NCBI GenBank assembly: GCA_964016885.1
Contig: OZ024740.1
Location: 265,360,001-265,424,000 of the forward strand
Source of the DNA: Eledone cirrhosa
Lineage: Eukaryota
Length of the DNA: 64,000 nt
Direction of reading: 5' to 3'
Shown here: positions 1 to 11,575 of the stretch, piece after piece
Position numbering within the stretch: position 1 is the first letter of the stretch
How the letters are laid out: every line of letters begins with the position of its first letter
Made by a program: the position numbers and the translations under genes
Notes under the pieces: generated by a model
Database searches by the model: none
What the model was told of the DNA's origin: nothing
Seen by the model: only the letters and a program-made list of their open reading frames with translations

Positions 1-692
1 TTTTGAATAGATACAAAGTAAAGCCCGTTAGTTATGTGAGGCAAATGTTGATGTTACAACGTATATGCTTGGTCGACCCCTCACCCAACCTCGTCTAAAA
101 AGCATAGCAAGCACACTGAAGTCAGACAGTTCAATCTCCCACAGAAAGTTCATAGTATATTCTACTAGTCTCAAGATGCTTAAATATTTTCCCCACAGAA
201 TCACTCCACTGTAAACGAAGTTTCACATAAATGTTTTTATTGATTACCGACCAGTTATACATGTTTCACAGATGGTTGGTTCAATGTCCATATATTTGTT
301 TTAGACACGATTCCAGTATCGATCTGCTCATCAGAAAAGGCGATTCAGCTAATCAGCTTAACATAAATATCTGAAGGGTATCCGACATCTTACAAGTATG
401 TATGTATATATGGTTCAAATGTTGTGTTGAAGTAGTGCCTTTTATTGAGTGATGTATAATATACAACCTTTCAACAGGCACTGGCCTTCACATCCATAAA
501 GAATCTGCCATGTACGGAGAAAGACAGGAACATCTGGTTTAGTAGCAAGGCCTATTCCTGCGGATCTGTGCGGATATATAGGGATTCGCCTTGATAAAAG
601 ATAGCCCCCAACGGCAAAACAACCAGAATCTTAACTAGACAAAGCGGAGAATGCCAGATGGACTAGCTAAGAAGGTATAATTCTGTTTATAC

Positions 693-792
693 CTTGGTCT
701 TGGTTGATGACATGTCATATACCACATGTGAAGCAGAGAATGTTTTCGAGACCACAAAACGTGGGTCAATTCTCAGCATGCCAGGATCCATC
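693..792 (-). CDS. Putative host exon (MDPGMLRIDPRFVVSKTFSASHVVYDMSSTKTK), product unknown
   Basis: Minus strand: acceptor ttgattag|G, donor AAG|gtataa. The 100-nt open frame is phase-compatible with candidate exon 922-1030. No recognisable homology. Confidence 0.2.
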
Positions 793-921
793 CTAATCAA
801 AGCCACGTCACAGACATTTATTTCTTCACTGATATTTCTTCATATTTTATCTTTCTTTACAAAATCCAACGATGAATGGTCAATGATAATGACAGCAGAT
901 TTTGGTGAAATTAGTCCATAC

Positions 922-1030
922 CTCACGTTGGTGGCAGGTGTGGTTGTTGCGTTTCTGTGACCTGTAGCTGTTCGGGAATCAGGTCCTACATCTGCGTATG
1001 TCCTGTATCTAAAGTTCTTGACGTATGACC
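922..1030 (-). CDS. Putative host exon (SYVKNFRYRTYADVGPDSRTATGHRNATTTPATNV), product unknown
   Basis: Minus strand: pyrimidine-rich acceptor ctgttccccactttttatcacag|G, donor GAG|gtatgg, 109 nt with one open frame. Confidence 0.25.
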
Positions 1031-1229
1031 CTGTGATAAAAAGTGGGGAACAGCTTTAGAAATTCACAGAATTAGTGCATGCATACTTGGTTGTATTGGC
1101 ATACGCCTTTTCTTGGGCATGTTAAAATCTGGTGGAGCCCATCACTTCTCCAGGTCTTAATACAGCAGATGTCTTCTTGTGAAGGATAGCGAATGACAGA
1201 AAGGACGTGAGAAAGAGATATAGATGAAG

Positions 1230-1379
1230 AATCGTCCCCGGTATTTGACTGGTACTTTTTTATCGACCTTAAAATGGATTAAAGGCAAAGTTGACCTCGG
1301 CAAGATATGAACTCGAGTCGGAACGAATACTGCAAATCATACTATCCGACGTTATAACGACTCAGCCAATTCGCCGCCT
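1230..1379 (-). mobile_element. tRNA-derived SINE family 1, diverged copy
   Basis: Reverse complement matches the 48446-48636 copy (gagttcatatc B-box-like; gtcaactttgccttt...gtcgataaaa..gtaccagt body). Confidence 0.75.
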
Positions 1380-3193
1380 CTAAGTTTTACTATATTTGTC
1401 ATTGAATTATTGATAGATTTTCAACTATGGTATATTATTAAATTCATTACTAAATGTATTATAAGAGCATATTGCACTGCTGTTATGCGTTAACTACACC
1501 ACTTTATCATTGTTATGAGGCGGTGATATGGCAGAGTCTTTAGGGCGTTGGATAGAGTGATTTGCAGTAGTCATTCCGGCTGCCTGTGCTGAGTTCAAAT
1601 CCCACCAAGGAATCAATAGATAAAAAAACTGGAGTCTCTCTCTCTCTCTCTCTTTCTGTCTTACTCTCTCTCTCTCTCTCTCTCTCTCAAACACTCTCTT
1701 CCTTTCTCTCAAACTCTCATTTTCTCTCTGGGAGAATTGGCTATGTGAAAGTATTAAGAAAATATTGTTTACATTGTGTCACCACAACACTTTCAACACA
1801 AAGAAAGATTATAGCTATAATAATTATAATTCTTTTATTTTTGACATCAATTAAAATCATTGCTTCCAGACAGAAAAACAATTTAAAAAAAAACGTATTA
1901 AAAAAAATATTTATTTATTTATAGCCGTCACTTTTGTAAATATTGTAAATATTGCATCAATCAAAATAAAAAAAGAACTGATGTATTTATAATGAAGGTG
2001 TCAAAACTACTACAAGTTTACTGAAATATTTCTACTGTTTCTTCATATTTTCTTTCGAATTACCCCCTCTTCTTTCACCCTTACTCCTACTCTAAAATAG
2101 TATTTATCAACAATATATTCGTTCTTTTCTTTACTCCTTTACCATAATTCATTCGGTGTATTCACTACAAATAGTCAAAAAGCCTCAAACTTTCAATGTC
2201 TGTATCATATTATCAGTCGAATCGACATGGCGTAATGTTAAAAAGGAAATTAGATTTTATCAAACCAAACCAACATACGTTGGCAGCTATTGCGTATGCA
2301 TATATAACACAGTTTTATTAGATCCATTATTTAGCTCTGATAAGTGGTTTAAATCGACAAAACACATCCGTATCTTAGATTCAAACTCTGTACAGCAAGT
2401 GTCAAGATATATATTGCATTGCAAAGTGAGTGGTAGTATTTTCATATGTCTTGGGACAAGAGATATGATTGTTGCTTTAGCTTCTGTAAGGCGAAATAAA
2501 AGAAATACATGATTTAGGGGTTTATCGTAACTCCCAAGAGGAGGTCCTTAACTCTTGTTCTTCTAAGCATGAGCATGTCATTAATGGGAGGTAGAATTTA
2601 TCTTTACTCTCTTGAGAATCGACTACCTTTCATCACTGCTAGGCATGGCTCCCCAAGGATTAGGAATAGAACATCTCATTTGAATTATTTGATGTCAACA
2701 TTAGATGAACAACACTTACTGCAGGTTATGAATATCGATGTTTCTTTCAAGAGAAACTCTTGCACAATGATAATGAAATGCCAAGCTATTGCTTTTTCAA
2801 ACCACATTAACCATATCTCCTCTAAGCCTACATATACAAAGTGAATAGATTAAGTATTCGGTTTAAAGATAGTCAGTGGGTAGTAGCACACACTAACGTA
2901 CCGAGAAGCAAATAATTTTTAGAAGAAATGCGTATGATATATCAATACAGAGCAATGCATTAGTCACATGATAATGCATTATTAAACAATAAAGATAGGG
3001 TGCGAATTTGACATATAAACAAAAGTGTATATCAGACAGTTTCATAAGTTTTAATACACTAGATTGTATGTCATATCTTAGTATGAATTATTAACTGAAA
3101 AAATTAAATCAAGGTATAATATCCGACAAATGACGTACATAAGTATATTAACAACATTTCTCTATAAATGCATCTTCTATAAATGTATCTTTG

Positions 3194-3236
<43 letters not shown>

Positions 3237-3965
3237 TCACACGCATAGAAACAGACACAGACAGACACACAGCCACACACACACATACATATTTATATGA
3301 TTTTGTGTGTGTAAGGGGAGCACTTATGCGTGTTTGTGTGTGTGTTGGTATGTATGTATTTTAAAGGGATATCACCACATAATATAGTCGAAGAAATTAG
3401 GATGATTCATACAAATCCGTGACACCACAAAACATTAGCAGGAACACAACACAGGCGTAAAATGAACAACGAACAACACACATTATCTGTTAAAATTGTG
3501 GTGATTACAAGAAAAATTGTTTAGGATTGTTCTATACATATACACTAGTTTAATGTAGAAACAGGTCTAAACTAGCCACCATGACCAAATTTATCTTGCC
3601 AACATTATGAGCACTTACTCTTAAAATGAATAAATTATACTAATGTTGCCATAAAACTGATGCATCATATATACTAATATGAAAATATTTAATTATGTCT
3701 ATAACTATTAATAAAATACATTATTGTTTCATCTGATGATTGTGCTAAATACGGAAAAAATTCTTTTGGCATCACAAACAATGTGGTTTATATGAAAATG
3801 TTTGTATCATATTTCGATTCAGCCAACAAAAGCATGCATCGGACACCCATTGAAACATTTGCCTATTATTAATAAATTACTATTAAAATTATTAGCAAAT
3901 GTATGACCATGTTTTATTACAAAAATTAAATTCGAAAATATATTGCAGTCGCACATTCCTATAAT

Positions 3966-4066
3966 AATTGTTTCTATTTTAGTCACAAGGCCAGCAATTA
4001 CACAGTACGTTACTGGAACTTTATTTTATCGACCCCGTAAGGATGAGAGGCAAAGTTAACCTCGGC
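3966..4066 (-). mobile_element. SINE family 1, 3' half
   Basis: caaggccagcaatt...tttatcgaccccgtaaggatgagaggcaaagttaacctcggc matches the family body. Confidence 0.8.
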
Positions 4067-5319
4067 CTCTCATCCTATAATAATAAACAGTTATCACCCT
4101 ACTCCATCATATAATATATTATAATTGTAACTATACTATTTTATACTTGACATTAATGAAAATGATTGCTTCTGGACAGAAAAACTATTAAAGACAACAT
4201 ATAGAAAAGCTGGGTATCTATTCTTGAAATCACTGATGGCTCTAGTAAAAACCTTATAAATATATAATGACGATGTCAGAGCAATCACAAAATTTCTGAA
4301 ATATTTATTCCACTTTTTCATATTTACTTTTAAATGTACAGCTTAAAAATATCAACACACCTATCCGCAAATAGACTCAATGTGTCTGAATTAAGGTGTA
4401 TTTCCAGTGTGTTTATGTGCGCATTTTTTCATTCTTTTTTCACCAAAATAGGAGTTATTCTTTTATATCTTTGGGGCAGAAGAATACATATTCAGTTAGT
4501 TTCAGCGTTTATTACCGCCTTATCAGGGATCGATTACTCAATACATGATCATATAAGAGGTTAACATATAATTGATTTTCTACATTTTGTGCCTGCAACT
4601 AATGAGATCGCTGGTGTCCACGTTTTTTAGAATGCCGTTGTCTTGCGCCAAATCGAGAAGAAGGCATGACGATTGAGGTAGGAGCCCCACGAGGTGGAAT
4701 CCTTAATACAGCAGGTATCACTGGCTGTTCCCCATGCCGTTGTTTTTGCCATCTTATCTGGAGCACGCTGCTAATAATATGTCGTCCAGTTATGGGTGCA
4801 AATCTTTTCTCCCTCCCTATTTCGCACTCCCTCTATTTTTCTTTCCATTTCTTTCTATTTCTTTCTTTTTGTCATTATGATATTGTAACGTTTCATTTAA
4901 CATTGTTTACAGTCCCTATTGTCTCTCCAAGTTCCTTAGAATGGCTAGTGTTGGTATTTTTCTTTTCTTCGCCCATTTATTCCTGAGTGGGTCGTTGGGG
5001 CAGTAATTCTTGACAACGTCGACATAATATGACGTACATTTCCTCCGTCCCAATGGCACTCAATATGACGGAGCAAGCGAGAAAATCGAAATAGTTCCGA
5101 TACCTGGCCATTCAGTTCTTGTGTTAAATGAATTTTCGTACCGGGCTGTGGTGTTGGAATCTGCTATTAATGTTCTCGTTGCTATTTTGAGAGTTTCAGT
5201 TGTTATTGTTGTTGTTGCTGTTCTTCTTCTTCTTTTTCTTGATCTTGCTGTTGTGGGTGCAAGGTCGTTTGCAGAACGGATCTTCATTATGTTGCACTAA
5301 TTTATGAATGGAGTGATAG

Positions 5320-5517
5320 TTTTTAACATGGGTACAAGGCTAGGGATTTATGGTGTCGGGAATAAAATCGATTAAATGGACCTCATTACCTGATTGATAC
5401 TTTCATTTGCGACCCCATAAACATGGAAAGCAAACTTGATCTGGGCATGATTGGATGGTAGAACGTAATGGGCTAAATACTGCAAGACATTTGCCGATAT
5501 TTTAATAATTCTGCCAA
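5320..5517 (-). mobile_element. SINE family 1, old diverged copy
   Basis: Degenerate match to the family body (gaccccat...ggaaagcaaacttgatctggg...ctgccaat). Confidence 0.55.
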
Positions 5518-6046
5518 TGAACAAAATGTTTCAAGGTTTATTTACTAAAACTACACACGTCATTTTCGCGCTTCAAACTTGTCATCCATCTTCAAGAATT
5601 TTTTTACTTTTTCCCGTGTTATTTTGAGGGATTTTCGTTCGTTTTGTTTCATTTTTTTTTTTCATTCTGGGAATAATACAATGTTTCACCATTCGTCTTG
5701 ATAAGACACTCTGTTTTTATATTATCGTATAAATCTTTCAAACGTATATTCATTAATATTTAAAGGCAACTTGCCACGAAAGATAGATTTATAAATAAAC
5801 CAATAAGTTTTCATATTTTAATTCAATCATTCTATTATATTAAAAAACTCTTCAACTGTAATTCTGTTATCCTTTCGTTTACCTTCCATTTCAAACACTT
5901 TCATTGTCTTGCTCTCAGGCTTTAGGATTTAAAATCAAATTAGAAAGATCGAGTATTCGTTTCTGACATTATATATACATGTATATATACAGGTGCACAT
6001 GTGTTTGTGTGTGTGATTTTCTCTTATATATATATATACACATAGG

Positions 6047-6105
<59 letters not shown>

Positions 6106-7899
6106 GTATAAATAAGGAGTAGCTTTACTTCAAAATATGTTACATTAAAATTACGACTGTATTCAAGTTTTATCTATTTCTTAATGGATTTTTCATATTT
6201 TGTTTTTCATATTTCATATTTCCTTGCTAGGCGTTGTTGGAACAACAGCGGTTTTAAATCCATATGTCAATTAATATTCCGACAGATGCAGTTTTATTTT
6301 AGGAATAAACATTATTATACCAGTATTCGCAAAGAATCATGGGAATACTAATGATATCACAGGCACCGGATACTAAAATTATTTGAGGGTTACCTCTTGG
6401 GTTAAATCAATACGTGAAATTAATTATGAAAAAGTACAGCGTTTAACCGTTAGATAACTTTCAAATATAGGGTCTATGATTTTACTCAATATTTTGCAAC
6501 GTAAATATAAGGGCACTTAGGCTTTAAAGATCTTAAAGCGGTAGTAGATTCATGGACGTGGGGACATTATTGTTCCTTAATTAACATAAAGAACCTATAA
6601 ATGAATATGAAAAAAGTCTTAATATAAAAGATCAAGCTTGTAACATACATATGTATAAACATTTACACGATTACATGTATGTATTTTAAGTTTTATCACA
6701 GCTACCTCAGGCATCACGTGAGAATACCAAGTAAAGAATAGAGAATACCAAGTGAACATACATAGGTCTCACGGTGGGTATTTAAGCTACGATCATGTCA
6801 TCAGAACCGGTGTAATAATCTCAAAATATGTATATTTCATGATCTCACAATTACTTAACGGTGGAGGATGTTTTCCTGAACGTACAGTAAGGAGTATAAG
6901 AATAGGATGGGAAAAAAGTTCAGGGAACTACTGTTACTGTGGACAATACAAAGCATTTTCTCTGTGTGTGAAAGACAGGTCATTTTCTCCGTGTGAAAGA
7001 CAAGCTGTGTGGTAGTGATACCTGGCCAGTGAACGCCCAAGAAACCGCGTTTGTCAATACGGCACCACTAGGATTGCAACAGGAGTTACGGGACCATGTA
7101 TACATGCAGTCAGTCTATGATTTTCTAAATCTGTTTTCCAGATTTTACTCACGAGGCATTTGTCAACCCGATCCTGGAGCTATATAAGAAGACTTGCTCA
7201 ATGTGTACCAAAGGGAAATTGAACCCGAAACCCTGTAGTTTCAGAGAGAAACTCCATTAAACACACATCTTCCCCTTTTTGTTCGTTCAATTGCTGCTGT
7301 TTATGTTTTTCTTTTCTTTATTTGAAAGATAACAACCTTCTCTAGTGAAATGAAATAAAAAATACGTTTCATCAGTTTAACGAATCTTTTCAAAGGTATT
7401 TTTTACATCAAATATCTAACAATGTATGTGTATATATATTTTTTATTTTAATGTTTTGGCAGATTTTTATTGAATTGTTCATTGATTTTACGTAATTTGT
7501 TGTATGTTTTTCTTTCATTTGTCCTCATATATCTCTGTCACTTTTTCGAAACATTTTTGTATTTCCCTAACTTCTTAATTATTAATGCCGTTGTCAAATC
7601 TGTCCGCCAAATCCGTTTACGAGAAGAAGGGAATGTGTGGGTTGTTTTTATCTCTTCGAAATACGTATTTCTTACTGTATATTTCTAAATCTCTAAAACG
7701 CAGTAATAATAAACATGATGATAATAACAACAATATGAATGATAATAATAATTATTATTGTTATTTTTATCATTGATACTATTATTATTGTTGTTTTGCT
7801 GCTGCTTTTGTTGGTGATGGTGTAGAAATGGGGAAAATAGGGAAAATGAGGAAATGGTGAAAAAGCTAAAGTCTAAAAGCCGGTTCTCAAAGATAAAAT

Positions 7900-8026
7900 G
7901 AAGAAGAAGAAGAAGAAGAAGAAGAAGAAGAAGAAGAAGAAGAAGAAGAAGAAGAAGAAGAAGAAGAAGAAGAAGAAGAAGAAGAAGAAGAAGAAGAAGA
8001 AGAAGAAGAAGAAGAAGAAGAAGAAG
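7900..8026. repeat. (GAA)n microsatellite
   Basis: Perfect trinucleotide run, source of the poly-L ORF. Confidence 0.98.
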
Positions 8027-8399
8027 ATTAAATGAAACAAATAACGACACCAAATTTATTGAATATTTGTTTCTCTTTTGCAGTAGATGTACAGGAAATT
8101 ATAGTTATCTAATAAATATTTGGTTTACAAAATTATAGATGCTGATTAAACTATGATTAGTCTGTTTGAAATAATTCTTTAAAATAGTAACTCAAACGCA
8201 GGAATTCACTGAATTATGACCCCTTCTTTCTGGTTCATGGCTTCTATCATATTACTTCAACAATTCAATGGCTGTTCCCAAGCATGGCCTCAACCTTTTG
8301 GCTGGAATACATAATAGAGTAACAGAGTACACAATCTGTTTAAGATGGAAATTATTTCTACATATCTAACAATGTTTCATTTCAGTTGAATGAAATAAT

Positions 8400-8585
8400 T
8401 GTTTCTACGTTTGGGACAAGGCCAGCAATTACCCAGTGCATTACTGGTACTTTATTTTATCGACCTCGTAAGGATGAAAGGCAAAGTTAACCTCGGCGGG
8501 ATTTGAACTCAGAATGGCAAAGGCCGTAACTCTATGCGGCAAAGCATGGCGTCCGACCCTCTACCGATACTGCCAATCCACCATC
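8400..8585 (-). mobile_element. SINE family 1, full length, with 19-bp target-site duplication
   Basis: A/B boxes on the minus strand. ttcagttgaatgaaataat is duplicated at 8381-8399 and 8586-8604. Confidence 0.9.
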
Positions 8586-8949
8586 TTCAGTTGAATGAAA
8601 TAATGACATAATGATAGCCCTGAAAAAGTCATTTCCAACTGATATATATATATATAAAAACAAATAACGAAACGAAATTAAATTTCGTTTCGTTTGTAAC
8701 TCACATTTGTATGACTGACGCTTAAACAATTAAGTTAAAAATGTACATCTACATATGCATACTGAAATACTAGTGTGCATATGAATACACACACGTATAC
8801 ATATGTAGATGTAACAAGTCTTTCACTGGTTGCTTTACTGTGAGCAGCCCAGCTATTCTGTATGTAAACACACAGACAAACCGGTTTTTAGAGTCATACT
8901 GGTTTTCGAGGGAACACCTTCCCTCTATTCTCCAGAAAGCCAGACAAGG

Positions 8950-8994
8950 AATATTGAACTAGTTTCGTTGTTGTTACAACTCATCAGCAATATT
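8950..8994 (-). ncRNA. Minimal type I hammerhead ribozyme
   Basis: AATATTG CTGATGA GTTG-taacaa-CAAC GAAA CTAG TT CAATATT: 7-bp stem I, conserved core, palindromic ACTAGT stem III. Confidence 0.85.
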
Positions 8995-9520
8995 TACCTA
9001 TCTACCGGCCCTTCTGGAGAATTGTAAAAGCACATATCGTTATATGCTTTTTCTATTAAAATTAGTAGAGGGCAGACTAATTTGCATAGAGTGTGAGTAC
9101 GCACCGGTTCAGCGGAGACGATAAAAACAAATAACGAAACGAAATTAAATTTCGTTTCGTTTGTAACTCACTTTTGTATGACTGACGCTTAAACAATTAA
9201 GTTAAAAATGTACATCTACATATGCATACTGAAATACATCTACATATGTATACGTGTGTGCATTCATATGCACACTAGTATTTCAGTATGCATATGTAGA
9301 TGTACATTTTTAACTTAATTGTTTAAGCGTCAGTCATACAAAAGTGAGTTACAAACGAAACGAAATTTAATTTCGTTTCGTTATTTGTTTTTATCGTCTC
9401 CGCTGAACCGGTGCGTACTCACACTCTATGCAAATTAGTCTGCCCACTACTAATTTTCATAGAAAAAGCATATAACGATATGTGCTTTTACAATTCTCCA
9501 GAAGGGCCGGTAGATAGGTA

Positions 9521-9565
9521 AATATTGCTGATGAGTTGTAACAACAACGAAACTAGTTCAATATT
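9521..9565 (+). ncRNA. Minimal type I hammerhead ribozyme
   Basis: aatattgCTGATGAgttgtaacaacaacGAAActagTTcaatatt; predicted cleavage after 9558 (GUU). Confidence 0.85.
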
Positions 9566-9987
9566 CCTTGTCTGGCTTTCTGGAGAATAGAGGGAAGGTG
9601 TTCCCTCGAAAACCAGTATGACTCTAAAAACCGGTTTGTCTGTGTGTTTACATACAGAATAGCTGGGCTGCTCACAGTAAAGCAACCAGTGAAAGACTTG
9701 TTACATCTACATATGTATACGTGTGTGTATTCATATGCACACTAGTATTTCAGTATGCATATGTAGATGTACATTTTTAACTTAATTGTTTAAGCGTCAG
9801 TCATAAAAAAGTGAGTTACAAACGAAACGAAATTTAATTTCGTTTCGTTATTTGTTTTTATCGTCTCCGCTGAACCGGTGCGTACTCACACTCTATGCAA
9901 ATTAGTCTGCCCACTACTAATTTTCATAGAAAAAGCATATAACGATATGTGCTTTTACAATTCTCCAGAAGGGCCGGTAGATAGGTA

Positions 9988-10032
9988 AATATTGCTGATG
10001 AGCTGTAACAACAACGAAACTAGTTCAATATT
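9988..10032 (+). ncRNA. Minimal type I hammerhead ribozyme (third copy, one stem II substitution)
   Basis: Same motif 467 bp downstream of the 9521 copy. Confidence 0.8.
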
Positions 10033-10254
10033 CCTTGTCTGGCTTTCTGGAGAATAGAGGGAAGGTGTTCCCTCGAAAACCAGTATGACTCTAAAAACCG
10101 GTTTGTCTGTGTGTTTACATACAGAATAGCTGGGCTGCTCACAGTAAAGCAACCAGTGAAAGACTTGTTACATCTACATATGTATACGTGTGTGTATTCA
10201 TATGCACACTAGTATTTCAGTATGCATATGTAGATGTACATTTTTAACTTAATT

Positions 10255-10298
<44 letters not shown>

Positions 10299-10300
<2 letters not shown>

Positions 10301-10492
10301 CGAAGGCAATGTGGTAAGGAACCAGGTGGACCATAATGCACCAAAGTACTCAATACTTAGGGTAGTAGAGTGGGTAATAAGAACGAGTAGGACCCCGACG
10401 GCTGAGCTCAAGCCGTTTCGACGGCTAATTCAGTCCTGGACTGAATTAGCCGTCGAAACGGCTTGAGCTCAGCCGTCGGGGTCCTACTCGTT

Positions 10493-10495
<3 letters not shown>
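10299..10495 (-). mobile_element. Family B fold-back element in (TA)n (~55-bp arms plus ~85-nt tail)
   Basis: Inverted repeat centred at cagtcc-t-ggactg (~10437). Homologues at 10572, 10850, 33451 and 50302. Confidence 0.8.
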
Positions 10496-10571
<76 letters not shown>

Positions 10572-10574
<3 letters not shown>

Positions 10575-10730
10575 AAAATAATCAGGATCCCCGGATCTAG
10601 CTGTCGAAATGGCCGCAGCTCAGCCGTCGGGGTCCTCAATCTTTTCCTATTACCCACTCTACTACCCAAAGTATGAAGTACTCTGATGCGTTGTGGTCCA
10701 CTTGGTATCTTACCAGACTTTCTTTGTTAT
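10572..10730 (+). mobile_element. Family B, diverged copy
   Basis: gctcagccgtcggggtcc...ttcctattacccactctactaccc...ggtccac matches the family. Confidence 0.7.
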
Positions 10731-10743
10731 CTATATACATAGA

Positions 10744-10821
10744 CAGGCTGTCGCTCCAAAATGTATACACTTACTTATTAAAATGTTGTTGAAGAGTGTA
10801 TACATTTTTAAGGACACGCTG
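10744..10821. mobile_element. Tiny Tc1/mariner-like MITE
   Basis: Imperfect TIRs cag..tgtc...aaaatgtatacact / agtgtatacatttt...gacacgctg followed by TA. Related to 34233-34337. Confidence 0.55.
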
Positions 10822-10849
10822 TATACGAATGTATGTGTATATATATATA

Positions 10850-11047
10850 GGAACAAGTATGACCACGACGGCAGAGCTCAAGCCATTTCGATGGCTAATT
10901 CTGGACTCAGTCCACAATCAGCCGTCGAAACGGCTTGAGCTCTACCGTCGGGGTCATACTTGTTCCTATTACCCACTCTACTACCCTAAGTATTGAGTAC
11001 TTTGGTGCGTTATGGTCCATCTGGTTCCTTACCAAATTTCCTCCGTT
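10850..11047 (+). mobile_element. Family B fold-back element in (TA)n
   Basis: Same hairpin-plus-tail layout, fold at tggact-c-agtcca. Confidence 0.8.
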
Positions 11048-11065
11048 ATATATATACATATACAA

Positions 11066-11161
<96 letters not shown>

Positions 11162-11336
11162 AGAGAATGTGAAAAGAGGAAGGAACAGAAAAAATGTTGA
11201 GGGAGGTATAGCACAATATACATGATGCAAAAGATTTCTCATGAATATCTGCATTCGCAAGTGTTACGTTGTTTACTGGTTAGTAACCCAAAGCCATATA
11301 GTTTCTATAAAATTTCGTTCAATTATTTAAAAAATG

Positions 11337-11575
11337 TAGGTGCGTAGCTTAGTGTTTAGTGAAGTTAATTCACAATCATGATTTTGCGAGTTCGATTCCC
11401 GGACCGGGTGATTCAAGACATTTTCTTTCACGTTCCTCTTTCTGCAATGAGGTACGACCGCAAGATGTTGTCACCAATGGAAAGAACAATGAAAGCATTG
11501 TTTCTTTTGTACGATTGGACGAATAGTAAGCGAATGAGGTCTGGGAACTTGTCGATCGATCGATAAATAAATGAG
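11337..11575 (+). mobile_element. tRNA-derived SINE family 2, diverged
   Basis: tagcttagtgtttag A-box-like and gagttcgattccc B-box-like head. Similar to 18757-19010 and 29933-30225. Confidence 0.55.

Larger units (their letters stand above)
8657..10258. mobile_element. Retrozyme-like array of 467-bp non-coding units: about 1.25 units forward (8657-9237) and about 2.2 units inverted (9235-10258), inserted in (TA)n
   Basis: Near-identical units with period 467 (identical spurious ORF at 8830+, 9488-, 9955-). One hammerhead motif per unit, with (TA)n on both flanks. Confidence 0.85.

Noticed and set aside
3728-3770. CTGATGA...GAAA spacing resembling a hammerhead
   Set aside because: No stem I complement and a wobble-only stem II, so likely chance.
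8830-10152. Identical 65-aa ORF present three times (MLYCEQPS...)
   Set aside because: It is a by-product of the 467-bp repeat, has a TTG start, lies antisense to the ribozyme and shows no protein motif.
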